From Myxococcota bacterium (GTDB taxonomy: Bacteria; Myxococcota_A; Polyangia; Nannocystales; Nannocystaceae): a DNA stretch of 64,000 nucleotides. Position 1 is the stretch's first letter. Every line of letters starts with the position of its first letter. Under the pieces are notes generated by a model, which saw only the letters and a program-made list of their open reading frames with translations, was not told the DNA's origin and did not search any database. Location: positions 32,001 through 96,000 of the forward strand of contig JBCCHT010000041.1 of NCBI GenBank assembly GCA_039028615.1. Reading direction: 5' to 3'. A program made the translations under genes and the position numbers. Shown piece after piece: positions 8,438-19,963 of the stretch.

Positions 8438-9166
8438 TCACTCACATGTCAACGCGCCCAGATCGACGGGGTCGTCCCCACAACGGAAACAACAATCCTC
8501 GCACGTACGACTGGCATCGAGGCCAATCCCCCACTCGAGGCCATCGGCAGCCGCGCCGTAGCAGATCCACTCGCGCCCGAGGCACTCGATCTCTTCGTGG
8601 CTGGGCACACCGATCCCGGACGTCACGAATGTTTCATTCGCGCTCGGCCACGCCCAGTCGCGGTCGCGTGAGAACAGCCGCCACTCCATGTCGAAACCGT
8701 CGCGACAGTCGTCGGTGAGCGTCCACTGTTGAACGCGCGGCGGGTTGCAGGTCTGAAGGGACTCGTCCGCGTGGTTGGGGCAATCCGGCACGCCGTCGCA
8801 CAGCTGCCGCAGCGCGAGGCAATCGCCCGTGCCGCACACCGCGATGAAGCCCTGCTCGCATACGCATGCACCCTGCTCACAGTAGGAATTGAGCCCGCAC
8901 GTAGTGGTGCAGCCGCGTCCCGCCTGCGTGGTCTGACACCCATGCAGCGCATAGGGGTTGCCGAAGAACCCGCGCTCGCAGAAGCAGTCACCGTCACGGC
9001 AATAGCCGTCGATCGAGCAGCGCACGTCGGCGCACGCTCCTTCGTCCGCGTCGTCGTCGGGAATCTCGATGACGCAGCCGGAAAGCAGCAGCCCGACGCC
9101 CGACGCCCAGGCCCCGGCCAGTGCTCGGGCCCAGACCGATCTCGTCGCGCGGTGCGGCGTCCTCAT
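8438..9166 (-). CDS. Cys-rich lipoprotein with EGF-like and LDL-receptor class A-like motifs
   Basis: Lipobox LLLSGC, CxxxxCSIDGYCRDGDCFCERGFFG and CGLNSYCEQGACVCEQGF (EGF-like), CLALRQLCDGVPDCPNHADE (LDLa-like), Cys-rich C-terminal domain. Confidence 0.75.
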   Translation of the reverse strand: MRTPHRATRSVWARALAGAWASGVGLLLSGCVIEIPDDDADEGACADVRCSIDGYCRDGDCFCERGFFGNPYALHGCQTTQAGRGCTTTCGLNSYCEQGACVCEQGFIAVCGTGDCLALRQLCDGVPDCPNHADESLQTCNPPRVQQWTLTDDCRDGFDMEWRLFSRDRDWAWPSANETFVTSGIGVPSHEEIECLGREWICYGAAADGLEWGIGLDASRTCEDCCFRCGDDPVDLGALTCE

Positions 9167-9305
9167 GCTCCGATCGTAGGCCGCCGCGGTCGCTTCGTCA
9201 CGGCGGGAGTCCCCCTGCCCGTGCGCCTCGATCGTGCGGGTTTTCCCCCCATCCTGCGGCAAATCTCCCCCGTCGCCGCCGTGCTCGCGCTAGAACCGAG
9301 CCACC

Positions 9306-11024
9306 ATGGGCCCCGCTTCCGTCGCGCTCTGCGCCTTTGCCGCCTACTTTCTGGGCTATCGGATTTACTCGCGCTTCCTCGCGCGCAGCGTGTTCAAGCT
9401 CGACGACTCGCGCCCCACGCCCGCCCATACCCTCCGCGACGAAGTCGACTACGTCCCCACGCGCCCGTCGATCCTCTTTGGCCATCACTTCGCCTCGATC
9501 ACCGGGCTCGCCCCGATGCTGGGCCCCGCCGTGGCGGTGATCTGGGGCTGGCTCCCCGCCGTGTTGTGGGTCGTGTTCGGAGCGATCTTCGTCGGCTGCG
9601 TGCACGACTTCTCCGCGATGGTCTTGTCGGTGCGCAACGACGGCAAGTCCGTCGGCGAGGTCGCGCGCGACGTCATCAGCCCCACCGCACGCACGCTGTT
9701 TCACTTCATCATCTTCTTCGGCGTCGCGCTGGCGATGGGCGTGTTCGTCTTCATCATCGCCAAGCTCTTCTCGCTCGAGCTTTCCAAGGGTCACCCCGGC
9801 TATCCGCAGGCGGTGCTGCCCTCGGGGTTGCTGATCGTGGTGGCGATGATCGGCGGCTGGCTGCTGTACCGCCGCGGCATCCCGCTTTTGTGGGTCGCGA
9901 TCGTCGGCTTCGTGCTCGAGCTGGTGGGGATCGGCCTGGGCATGGCCTTCCCGACCCTCGGGCTCGACCCCTCGGCCTGGCCCACGGGCGGCACCTGGAC
10001 CCTCATCCTGCTCGGCTATGCGTTCATCGCCTCGGTCTTGCCGGTCTGGGCCCTGCTGCAGGCCCGCGACTTCCTCAACGCGCTGCTGCTGTACCTGGGG
10101 CTGGGCCTGGCGTTCCTCGGCCTGCTCTTCGGCGGGCACGAGTTTGCCGCGCCCGCCACCCGCTTCTCCCCCGACGGCGCGCCGTCCATCGTGCCCTTCG
10201 TGTTCATCGTGGTCGCATGCGGGGCGGCGAGCGGCTTCCACGGGCTGGTCAGCTCCGGCACCACCGCCAAGCAACTCGACAAGGAGACCGACGCGCGCCC
10301 GGTGGGCTACGGAGCGATGATCGGCGAGAGCCTGCTGGGCCTTTTGGCCACGCTGGCCTGCACCGCGGGCATCAGCACCCCCGAGCGTTGGCACAGCGTC
10401 TATCACGACTGGAGCGGCGTGCAGGCGCTCGAGATGAAGATCGACACCTTCATCCAGGGCACCACCACCTTCCTCGTCAGCCTGGGCCTGCCCGCCGATG
10501 CTTCGGCCGCCCTCATCGCCATGGTGGTCGTGTCGTTCGCGTTGACCACCCTCGACTCCGCGACGCGACTGCTTCGCTTCAACATCGAGGAGATCGGAGC
10601 CACGTTCCGCATCCCCGGCAGCAGCAATCGCTACGTCGCGTCCGCTCTCGCGTGTGCCGTGATCGCGGTGTTCGCTTTCTACGAGGTCGACGTGGTCGGA
10701 CCCGGCGGCGCGGTGAGCCAGCGCCCGGCCGGCCTCGCGCTGTGGCAGCTGTTCGGCACCACCAACCAGCTACTCGCGGGACTCACCCTGGTGATGGTCA
10801 CGCTGTACCTTCGCCACCGACGCCTGCCCGCCTGGCCCGCCGCGCTGCCCGCCATCGGCATGCTCGCCTCGACCATCGGGGCGATGGTGGTGAACCTCTC
10901 CAAGTTCACCGATCCCCTCCTCCGCGGCGTGGGGATCGTCCTGATCGTGCTCGGCGTCGGCGTCCTGCTGGAGAGCGCGCGAGCGATGTTGCGCCCCCGC
11001 CCCGCCCCTCCCACGGACCCATAG
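9306..11024 (+). CDS. cstA: Carbon starvation protein A family transporter
   Basis: [57 protein letters not shown] motifs; polytopic membrane protein. Confidence 0.93.
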   Translation: MGPASVALCAFAAYFLGYRIYSRFLARSVFKLDDSRPTPAHTLRDEVDYVPTRPSILFGHHFASITGLAPMLGPAVAVIWGWLPAVLWVVFGAIFVGCVHDFSAMVLSVRNDGKSVGEVARDVISPTARTLFHFIIFFGVALAMGVFVFIIAKLFSLELSKGHPGYPQAVLPSGLLIVVAMIGGWLLYRRGIPLLWVAIVGFVLELVGIGLGMAFPTLGLDPSAWPTGGTWTLILLGYAFIASVLPVWALLQARDFLNALLLYLGLGLAFLGLLFGGHEFAAPATRFSPDGAPSIVPFVFIVVACGAASGFHGLVSSGTTAKQLDKETDARPVGYGAMIGESLLGLLATLACTAGISTPERWHSVYHDWSGVQALEMKIDTFIQGTTTFLVSLGLPADASAALIAMVVVSFALTTLDSATRLLRFNIEEIGATFRIPGSSNRYVASALACAVIAVFAFYEVDVVGPGGAVSQRPAGLALWQLFGTTNQLLAGLTLVMVTLYLRHRRLPAWPAALPAIGMLASTIGAMVVNLSKFTDPLLRGVGIVLIVLGVGVLLESARAMLRPRPAPPTDP

Positions 11025-11187
11025 CGAGTCGCCATTTGCGCATGAGCCCGCTCACATCCGCCCCAACAGGCGTGAGCAGGGTGCGTCACGGCCCGCACGC
11101 CGACATGTGCATTTGCCCTCGCGCCCGCGGAGCCATCGGTCTAAAACGCGGGGCGTGACCCCAAGGCGTTCGCGCCAAGGAGGATTG

Positions 11188-12468
<1,281 letters not shown>

Positions 12469-12495
12469 CGCGACCCACCCGACTCGGGTGAAGCC

Positions 12496-12526
12496 AAGAG
12501 CCGCGGCACCATGCTGCGGCTCTTTT
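12496..12526 (+). terminator. Probable intrinsic terminator after gltA
   Basis: Hairpin AAGAGCCGCGGCA-CCA-TGCTGCGGCTCTT followed by TT. Confidence 0.65.
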
Positions 12527-12603
12527 GCGTGGTGGGTCGGGCCGCCGTGCGGAGGGCTGCGCGTGGTGGTCGTGGACGGGCCCTGCTACCGTCGCGGGCG
12601 CTC

Positions 12604-13941
12604 ATGGACGATCTGGTTGCTCGCGATAGTCGTGTGCTGTGGCACCCGGCCACCCACTTCGAGGACCTGGCGCGGCTGCCGGTCACGCCGATCGTGGAGG
12701 CCCAGGGGGTCTGGCTCATCGCCGAGGACGGGACGCGGATCCTCGATGGGATCGGGTCGTGGTGGACCTCCATCCACGGGCACGGACACCCGCGGATCGT
12801 CGAAGCGATCCAGCAGCAGGTCGCTCGGCTCGACCACGTGATGTTCGCTGGGTTCACCCATCGGCCCGCGGTGGAGCTGGCGGAGAAGCTCATCGAGGTG
12901 GCGCCGCCCGGCTACGGCAAGGTGTTCTTTGCCGACTGTGGCTCGGCCGCGATCGAGGTGGGGCTGAAGCTGGCGTTTCAGTCCCACCACCAGCGGGGCG
13001 CCACCGAGCGCACGCGCTTTGCCGCGCTGAACAACAGCTACCACGGCGAGACCCTGGGCGCGCTGGCGGTGTCCGGCAGCGACGCCTACCGCAGCACCTT
13101 CGCCCCGCTGCTGCTGAAGCCGCTGTACCTGCCCGTACCCGCGTTCGACGACCACGACCTCGAGGACATCGGCGCCGAGCAGGGCGCGGACAGTGCCGAG
13201 GCGGACGCAGCCGTGGCCGCGTTGACCGAGCACGCCGACGAGCTCGCGGCGCTCATCGTGGAGCCCCTGGTGCAGTGTGCGGGGCGCATGCGCATGATGG
13301 GCACCGGTTTCTACCGCCGCATCGTCGAGCACGCGCAGAGCCTCGGCATCGTGGTCATCGCCGACGAGATCGCGGTGGGCTTCGGCCGCACGGGGCGGCT
13401 GTTCGCCAGCGAGCACGCCGCGGTGCGCCCCGACCTGCTGTGCCTGAGCAAGGGCCTGTCGGGCGGCGTGCTGCCGCTCTCGGCCGTGCTGGTTCGGGCC
13501 GGGTTCGAAGACGACTTCAAGGGCTCTCCCGCCCGCAGCTTCCTGCACAGCCACACCTTCACCGCCAACCCGGTCACCTGCGCGGCGGGGCGGGCGAGCC
13601 TCGGGATCTTCGAGGACGAGGACGTCATCGCTCGGCTGCCCGCCCGGGCGGCCGCCATGGCCGAGCGACGCCGGGAAGTCGCGCGCCGCTGCCCCGCCAT
13701 CGTGCACCACCGCCAGGCGGGCATGATCACGGCGTTCGAAGTCGCTCCACGCGCCGGGCACCCGGGGCCCAAGGACGGCCGCCTCGGCCTGGCCCTGCGC
13801 GAGGCCGCGTTGCGACGAGGGGTGCTGCTGCGCCCACTTCATGACACGATCTACTGGATGCCGGCCCTGTGCATGGACGACGACGCGCTCGACCGCCTGG
13901 CGCAGGTCACCATCGAAGTGGTCGAGGAGGTCCTGGGATGA
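12604..13941 (+). CDS. bioA: Adenosylmethionine-8-amino-7-oxononanoate aminotransferase
   Basis: LWHPAT, DGIGSWWTSIHGHGHP, LDHVMFAGFTH, YHGETLGA, IADEIAVGFGRTG, SKGLSGG (PLP Lys), HSHTFTANP. Confidence 0.9.
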   Translation: MDDLVARDSRVLWHPATHFEDLARLPVTPIVEAQGVWLIAEDGTRILDGIGSWWTSIHGHGHPRIVEAIQQQVARLDHVMFAGFTHRPAVELAEKLIEVAPPGYGKVFFADCGSAAIEVGLKLAFQSHHQRGATERTRFAALNNSYHGETLGALAVSGSDAYRSTFAPLLLKPLYLPVPAFDDHDLEDIGAEQGADSAEADAAVAALTEHADELAALIVEPLVQCAGRMRMMGTGFYRRIVEHAQSLGIVVIADEIAVGFGRTGRLFASEHAAVRPDLLCLSKGLSGGVLPLSAVLVRAGFEDDFKGSPARSFLHSHTFTANPVTCAAGRASLGIFEDEDVIARLPARAAAMAERRREVARRCPAIVHHRQAGMITAFEVAPRAGHPGPKDGRLGLALREAALRRGVLLRPLHDTIYWMPALCMDDDALDRLAQVTIEVVEEVLG

Positions 13942-15308
13942 AGACTCGGGTCGGGCTCGCCGCGGCGCTGCTGCTGCTCACCAGCTGTGGTGAGAGCCTG
14001 CCCACCGTCTCGCTCAAGCTCTCGAAGAACTGCAACCAGCTCGAGGTCGTCACGCTGGCGCCCGCGGTCGGTCAGGGCGAGGACGAAATCGTGCTCGACG
14101 TGGCCGCCGACAGCGGCGTGGGCGACACGGCGTGGGTCTTGGTCCGGCGCACCAACGTGCCCAGCTCCGATGCGCTGGTCGTGCAGAGGGTCGGTCAGCA
14201 GGGCGTGCTCTTCGAGCAGCCGCTGCCCTTTCCCGACGACCTTTGGCCCGCGCTGTCGCTCCAGCCCGATCCAGAGTCGGGACGTGTCTGGGTCATCCGT
14301 CGCGAGCCTGGCGTCTACGAGCTGGTTCGCATCGCGCCCGACGACCTGGCTCGACCGATCCTCGGCTCCGACAACCTCATCGACTTTCCCAGCGACGGGG
14401 GCCTGTGCGCCCCCGTGCCCTGCGACACCAACAACTGGCCGCGCACGCTGATCTTCCTGCCCAACGGGCCCTTGCTGGCCTCGATGCCCCCCTTCTCCGT
14501 CGACGCGGCGCTCACCGTGGAGGTGACGGTCCTCGATACCGACGGCGCGCTCATCCGGCGCACGAACGAGCAGACGCTGAGCTTCGAGCCGCCCTGCTCC
14601 TCCGAGGGTCCCGAGGGCGAGGCGTTCTGTCAGGAGGAGCGCGACAGCCTGCTGTACCCGCAGATCACCATGCTGGGCGTGCAGCAGGACCCGCGCCAAG
14701 ACCAAACCGTGATCTTCGGCCATCGCACGCGACGCATGGTGTTCATGGAGCAGGAGTTCCCCATCGACTCCGCCGACGTGTTCATGGTCACCATCTCGCT
14801 CGAGGGTCAGACGCCGGCCGGGGTGCTGCGCTCGTACTCGGGCTTTTTCTCCGGCTCCGACGGGGCACCCGTTGGGCACTCCCCCACCCCCACCACCGAG
14901 CCCCCCTTCGGCGTGGCCATCGATCGCTTCGCGTCCTACGGCTTGTTCACCAACGGCGGCGTCGTGCCACGCCTGGTGCAGCTGCCCTACGACAACCCCG
15001 ACTTCGAAGAGCTCACCGCCCGCTCGCCGCTGTCGCTCGACTCCCAGTTGCTGCAAATGGACCGCGATCTGGCGCTGGGGCACGTCCGCGACGGGAACTG
15101 GGAGCTCATCAAGTTCTTCCCCGACGATCCGTCTCGCTCGGGCGAGTTCACCTACCGCACCGACGCCCCCATCGAAGAGGCGGTCGCGGGCGGCGTGGGC
15201 ACCTTCATGCTGCGCAAGACCGACACCGTGCCCGAGGTCGTGCGCGTGCGCTGCGTGGAGGACGAGGCCGAGCTCGAGCCCGAGCTCGACGTCGAGACCA
15301 CCAACTGA
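13938..15308 (+). CDS. Hypothetical lipoprotein
   Basis: MKTRVGLAAALLLLTSC lipobox; ATGA overlap with the bioA stop; typical codon bias. Confidence 0.75.
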   Translation: MKTRVGLAAALLLLTSCGESLPTVSLKLSKNCNQLEVVTLAPAVGQGEDEIVLDVAADSGVGDTAWVLVRRTNVPSSDALVVQRVGQQGVLFEQPLPFPDDLWPALSLQPDPESGRVWVIRREPGVYELVRIAPDDLARPILGSDNLIDFPSDGGLCAPVPCDTNNWPRTLIFLPNGPLLASMPPFSVDAALTVEVTVLDTDGALIRRTNEQTLSFEPPCSSEGPEGEAFCQEERDSLLYPQITMLGVQQDPRQDQTVIFGHRTRRMVFMEQEFPIDSADVFMVTISLEGQTPAGVLRSYSGFFSGSDGAPVGHSPTPTTEPPFGVAIDRFASYGLFTNGGVVPRLVQLPYDNPDFEELTARSPLSLDSQLLQMDRDLALGHVRDGNWELIKFFPDDPSRSGEFTYRTDAPIEEAVAGGVGTFMLRKTDTVPEVVRVRCVEDEAELEPELDVETTN

Positions 15309-15325
15309 GCGGTGTTCGAAACGAA

Positions 15326-15365
15326 CGAAGCGACCGGTGAACCCGTGGGTTCACCCGCCGCTTCG
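15326..15365. terminator. Imperfect hairpin between convergent genes
   Basis: CGAAGCG..GGTGAACCC-GT-GGGTTCACC..CGCTTCG between stops at 15308 and 15390. Confidence 0.5.
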
Positions 15366-15389
15366 GGTGGGCCGTAGCCGAGGGCCGAA

Positions 15390-16511
15390 TCAGCCGCCGT
15401 CGACCGCGGTGGCCACGTCGCGCAGGTTCTCGGGCGGGAAGAACGCCTGGGCCGGGATGGTCTCCTTGGCCCCGCCGTCCTTGGACCAGCTGAGGGTCAG
15501 GCCCGCCTCGGTGTCGGCGCCCTGGTAGTACAGCAAGTCCAGACCGTACTCGCCGGGCTCGACGAACAGGACCTCGCACTCTTCACGGGTCGCTCCCGAG
15601 CCGTCGACGTCGACGATGGGCGTCTGGTCGAGGAAGAGCAGCGCGCCGTCGCCCGCCGCCAGGCAAATCTCGTACTCACCGCTCTCGACGATGTTGAGCG
15701 AGCCCTGGAAGTGGATGCCGAAGCTCTGGGTCAGGCCCGCGACGCCGTTGGCCGCTTCACCGGCCGGGACATCGAGGTCGTCGACGCCGATGAGTGCCAC
15801 GGGGGCGCCGAGCTCGTTGAAGTTCGGCACCTCGGTCGCGCCCGCGTCGACGGGGTAGACCATGCCCATCAGGCCGTGACCGACGATGGTGCGCGGCTGG
15901 CCGAAGGCGCCGTCGGCCGCGGTGCCGACGAAGGTCCCCTGGCTCTTGGCTCGGTTGCGCTTGTTCATGCGCTTGGTGCCCTTGCCGACCTCGGCGGCGC
16001 CCTTCCCCTCGGCGAGGACCTTGGCCACGATGACGCCCGGAGTGACCTCGACCACCTCGGCCTTCTTGCCGCCGATGAAGACGTTGGCCTTCGAGGCGTC
16101 CTCGGGGAAATCCGAGCCGTAGATTTCGACCACGCTGCCCACGGGAGCGGAGGTCGGGAACATACCGGCGACCTCGAACTCGGCCTTGAGGTTGGTGGGC
16201 GTCGGTCGGGGCTTGTCGCCACCCGAGACCGGAGGCTTCGCTGTGGTCAGGGTCACTCGCTTACCGAGTCGACCACCGCCGTCGCGCGTCGAGGTGGAGG
16301 AGCGGGGCTTGGGCCGCTCGGTGGGCGTGGCCGCCGTGTTGCCACCGTCGGCCGGGGTCGAACCCCCGTCCGCGGCTCCACCCTCGTCGGTCTCGGAGTA
16401 GAAACCGTCGTAGGTGCCGGCGTCGGGGTTCTCGGAGTCTTGCGACTTGTTGGAGGCGCAAGCGACGCTCAGCGCGAGACAGGCGAGCAGGAAGGAATGC
16501 GAGCGAATCAT
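15390..16511 (-). CDS. Lipoprotein with IPT/TIG-like and PA14 domains
   Basis: LALSVAC lipobox, PTSAPVGSVVEIYGSDF (IPT/TIG), FGIHFQGSLNIVESGEY...DGALLFLD...YYQG...LSWS...IPAQAF (PA14). Confidence 0.8.
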   Translation of the reverse strand: MIRSHSFLLACLALSVACASNKSQDSENPDAGTYDGFYSETDEGGAADGGSTPADGGNTAATPTERPKPRSSTSTRDGGGRLGKRVTLTTAKPPVSGGDKPRPTPTNLKAEFEVAGMFPTSAPVGSVVEIYGSDFPEDASKANVFIGGKKAEVVEVTPGVIVAKVLAEGKGAAEVGKGTKRMNKRNRAKSQGTFVGTAADGAFGQPRTIVGHGLMGMVYPVDAGATEVPNFNELGAPVALIGVDDLDVPAGEAANGVAGLTQSFGIHFQGSLNIVESGEYEICLAAGDGALLFLDQTPIVDVDGSGATREECEVLFVEPGEYGLDLLYYQGADTEAGLTLSWSKDGGAKETIPAQAFFPPENLRDVATAVDGG

Positions 16512-16710
16512 GGTGATGCTGTCCTTGGTCCTTGCGGGTGCGGGTGGTCAGACGCAGGTCCGTGGGGCGGCATTCAGGCCCTAGCGCTGATGGCGCAAAA
16601 TGCCCCGCTGTGGCCCTGCGGGTGCCACGCCCGGGCATCATCGGGCACCGCGCCCAGGGCTGCAACTGGCGCTTCGGGCCGGTCGCCACAGTGGAGCCCA
16701 ACGCTCCCGC

Positions 16711-17457
16711 TCACGTGTCGCGATTGCGGGCGCGCAGGCGAACTTTGCCCCGCACCGTGGCGACCTCGAACTCGACCTTGGAGCCATGTCGCTCGCGGAG
16801 CTTGGGCAGCTCACGGCTGAGTTTTCGCGCCAGGGCCCGCACGGTGAGCCCCTGGGTGTCCTCGCCCGCCGCCTTCTTGGCCTGAACGAGGTTATCGAAC
16901 AGCTGTTTGACCTCGGTGTTCTTCATGCCGGGCACCGCCTGAGCGGGCGACGGACGCTTGCCCGCGCGCGGCGGCGGGGGTGGAGGCGGCACCCCGGGGG
17001 GACGTGGCGTGGTCGGGTTTGCCGCAGCGGCCACGGACGGCGATGCGGCGGCCTCGGCCTCCTCGGGCGTCGGCTCGGGGACCCGCCGGGTCTTCTCGAG
17101 CGCGGCAATCGCCTCCTGGCGACGGGCCGATCTCATCTGGAGATCTCGACGGTACGTGCCCTTTTCGATCTGCCCCAGGATCCGGGTCCAGTAGTGCTGG
17201 TACGTGACCAGCCGCGCCCGCAGGCCCTGCATCCGAAAGCGCAGGACCGTGGTGCGCATGTGCTCTTTTTGGAGCTGCCTCAGGTGCAGCTTGACCTTGC
17301 GATGCCTCGCGGTCGGAGGCGTGCGCTCGACCCCGAGAAAGTACTTTTCGTACGCAATGCGCAGATCCTCGATCGCCTCCTCGAAGGCATCGAGCAAGCG
17401 AGCCAGCTCCGCAGACGAAGCCGTGTTGTCGCCCCCCTTGGCCAAGCGTGCGGGCAT
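16711..17457 (-). CDS. Myxobacterial conserved protein resembling MXAN_5187 C-terminal-domain proteins
   Basis: LRIAYEKYFLGVERTPP N-domain, Pro-rich linker, C-terminal KQLFDNLVQAKKAAGE...VEFEVATVRGKVRLRA. Family recognised from memory; start uncertain. Confidence 0.65.
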   Translation of the reverse strand: MPARLAKGGDNTASSAELARLLDAFEEAIEDLRIAYEKYFLGVERTPPTARHRKVKLHLRQLQKEHMRTTVLRFRMQGLRARLVTYQHYWTRILGQIEKGTYRRDLQMRSARRQEAIAALEKTRRVPEPTPEEAEAAASPSVAAAANPTTPRPPGVPPPPPPPRAGKRPSPAQAVPGMKNTEVKQLFDNLVQAKKAAGEDTQGLTVRALARKLSRELPKLRERHGSKVEFEVATVRGKVRLRARNRDT

Positions 17458-17562
17458 CGTAGCACGCAGACCCACCCCCGCGATGACGCAGCTCCCGCAC
17501 TCGAACGCATCGAGCGGACTTTGCGCCAGACAACTCCGCTCCGTGATCTATGCTCGCGGTTC

Positions 17563-19206
17563 GTGGGCAACTTCTGGGCCTTCATCCTGCTCATCGGGCC
17601 ACTCATCCTGATCCATGAGCTCGGGCATCTGATCGCGGCCAAGCTGGTCGACGTCAAGGCGCCGCGTTTTTCCATCGGCTTCGGGCCCGCCCTGCTCAAG
17701 TTCCGACTGGGCGAGACGGAGTACTGGCTCGCCCCGATCTTGCTCGGCGGCTACGTCAAGCTGCTCGGTCAGGATCCCAGCGAACGCGTCTCGCCCGGCG
17801 AGGCCGATCGGTCGCTGTCGTCCAAGCCGATGTGGGCCCGCATGTTCGTGCTCAGCGCGGGGCCGGCCGCCAACCTGCTGCTGCCCATCTTCCTGTACTT
17901 CCTGTACTTCCTCGCACTGGCTCCGACTGCGGTGCCCCCAGCCGTGATCGGTACCGTCGTCGACGGCACCGCGGCCGACCAGGCCGAGCTGCAGCAGGGC
18001 GACCGCATCGTCGCCATCGATGGCGAGGACGTTCGCTCGTGGCGGGACATGAGTCAGCGAATCGCCGACGCGCCCGGGCGCGAGCTGGAGCTACAGATCG
18101 AGCGGGACAGCGAGCGCATCGACCGCGTCGTCACGCCGCAGAAGCGAATGCACCGCAACGCGCTCGGGGTTTCCATCCCCATGGGCCGCCTGGGCGTGCT
18201 GCGGCGCTTCTACGCTCCGCAGATCGGCATCATCGACGACGAGTCGCCCGCCTACGCCGAAGGCCTGCGTACCGGAGACGTCATCACCTCGATCAACGGC
18301 GAGCCCGTGCGCACCATCGAGGAGCTCGAGCGCATGCTCGAGGGTACGGGCGACAGCCTCGTGCGCCTGACCTACCTGCGCGCCGAGCCGGTGGCGGGTC
18401 CGCTGGGCACCTACTTGTTCTACGAGTCGGCCCACGCCCAGCTGCTGCCGCGCAAGGACGAGGACGGCAAGCTCACCACCGGGCTGCTGCCCGCCAACGC
18501 CTTCATTCGCCACGTCGACGCGGGCTCACCCGCCGAGCGAGCGGGCATTCGCTCCGGCGACCGCATCCTCGAGGTCGACGACGTCGCCTTCTCCAAGTGG
18601 GAGTTCTTGCGCGAGGTCCTGTACCAGAAGCAGGAACGCCCCATCACCCTGGTCGTGCAGTCGCTGGGCGAGGCCAAGCCCCGCAAGATCGAAGTCGCCC
18701 AAGAGATTCGAACGTGGCGCGACATCTACAAGCAGGATCGCCAGTCGCTGTGGTTCGGGGCCACGCCCTACGAAAAGTGGACCCTCGCCCCGCCCGAGCC
18801 CATCCGCGGCCGCTTCACCTACGCCCTGGCCTCCGCCCTCGAGGAGACGGGCGCGGTCATGTCGATGATGTGGACCACCCTGCAGCAGCTGCTGACCTTC
18901 GAGCGTGGCGTCGAAGACCTCTCCAGCGTCGTCGGCCTGTTCAACGTGGCGGGCACCGCCGCCGAGCAAGGGCCCTCCGAGTTCCTGATCTTGATGGCCT
19001 TGCTGTCCATCAACCTCGGCTTCGTGAACCTGCTGCCGATCCCCGTGCTCGATGGCGGGCATCTCATGCTCTACGCGATCGAGACCGTGCGTAGAAAACC
19101 GCTCGGGCAGCGGGCACGGGAGATCACGACCGCCGTCGGCTTGGTGATCATCTTGCTGCTGGTGCTCATCGCGGCGCGCAACGACATCGTGCGGTACTGG
19201 CTATGA
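17563..19206 (+). CDS. rseP: RIP (site-2) metalloprotease RseP with three PDZ domains
   Basis: IHELGH, FSIGFGP, AGPAANL, NLLPIPVLDGGH. Three PDZ-like units: AELQQGDRI, EGLRTGDVI, AGIRSGDRI. Confidence 0.92.
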   Translation: MGNFWAFILLIGPLILIHELGHLIAAKLVDVKAPRFSIGFGPALLKFRLGETEYWLAPILLGGYVKLLGQDPSERVSPGEADRSLSSKPMWARMFVLSAGPAANLLLPIFLYFLYFLALAPTAVPPAVIGTVVDGTAADQAELQQGDRIVAIDGEDVRSWRDMSQRIADAPGRELELQIERDSERIDRVVTPQKRMHRNALGVSIPMGRLGVLRRFYAPQIGIIDDESPAYAEGLRTGDVITSINGEPVRTIEELERMLEGTGDSLVRLTYLRAEPVAGPLGTYLFYESAHAQLLPRKDEDGKLTTGLLPANAFIRHVDAGSPAERAGIRSGDRILEVDDVAFSKWEFLREVLYQKQERPITLVVQSLGEAKPRKIEVAQEIRTWRDIYKQDRQSLWFGATPYEKWTLAPPEPIRGRFTYALASALEETGAVMSMMWTTLQQLLTFERGVEDLSSVVGLFNVAGTAAEQGPSEFLILMALLSINLGFVNLLPIPVLDGGHLMLYAIETVRRKPLGQRAREITTAVGLVIILLLVLIAARNDIVRYWL

Positions 19207-19952
19207 AGTGGCTCCTGGCCTTCGATGCCTCGACGCCGCGCTGCGTGATCGCCCTGGGGCGAGCAAGCGCCGAGCGTCACGAGCTGGTCGTTGCCGACGA
19301 CCAGGACGAGGTCCAGAACCAGGCCTCCGTACGGCTGTTTCCGCGGATCGAGCAGGTACTGTCGCAGGCGGGGATCGAGGCGAACGAGCTGGCGGCCGTC
19401 GCCTGCGGCCGTGGGCCGGGTACCTTCACCGGGACTCGAGTCGCGGTCGCGAGCGCCAAGGGGCTGGCCTATGGGCTCGGGTGTCCCGTCGTCCCGATCA
19501 GCACGCTCGGGGCGGTCGCCGCCAGTGCCGATCACGAGGGCTCGGTGTTGGCGATCACCGACGCGCGACGCAGCGAGGTCTACGGCGGGCTGTGGCGCTG
19601 CGTGGGGCTGTCGGGCAATGCTACTCCAACCGTCGAGGCGGTCGATGACGAACAGGTCATCGGTCTGTCGGCGCTGCTCGAGGGCCTCGCCCCGCGACCG
19701 GAGGACCTGCGAGTCGTCGGTAGTGGGGTCGAGCCTTATCGGCAGGTCTTGGTCGACGCGGGACTCGAGGGCCAATCGCAGGCGCTGCCCGGACCGAGCG
19801 CGAAGGGTCTGTGGGCGGTCGCCACGGCCGCGTGGGTCGCCGAGCAAGCGTGTCATCCCGCCGCGCTCGATGCCGTGTACCTGCGAGCCAGCTACGCCGA
19901 GATGGGGCTCAACACGCCCAAGCGCCCCTTCGTGAAGAGCCCCTTCGTGTGA
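19203..19952 (+). CDS. tsaB: tRNA threonylcarbamoyladenosine biosynthesis protein TsaB
   Basis: LLAFDAST, GRGPGTFTGTRV, AKGLA, DARRSEVY; ATGA overlap with rseP. Confidence 0.93.
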   Translation: MKWLLAFDASTPRCVIALGRASAERHELVVADDQDEVQNQASVRLFPRIEQVLSQAGIEANELAAVACGRGPGTFTGTRVAVASAKGLAYGLGCPVVPISTLGAVAASADHEGSVLAITDARRSEVYGGLWRCVGLSGNATPTVEAVDDEQVIGLSALLEGLAPRPEDLRVVGSGVEPYRQVLVDAGLEGQSQALPGPSAKGLWAVATAAWVAEQACHPAALDAVYLRASYAEMGLNTPKRPFVKSPFV

Positions 19953-19963
19953 TCACGACCCGG

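Noticed and set aside
16600..17562. Apparent 320-aa N-terminal extension of RseP
   Set aside because: Overlaps the minus-strand gene at 16711-17457. RseP homology begins at GTG 17563, which has a TATGCT box upstream.
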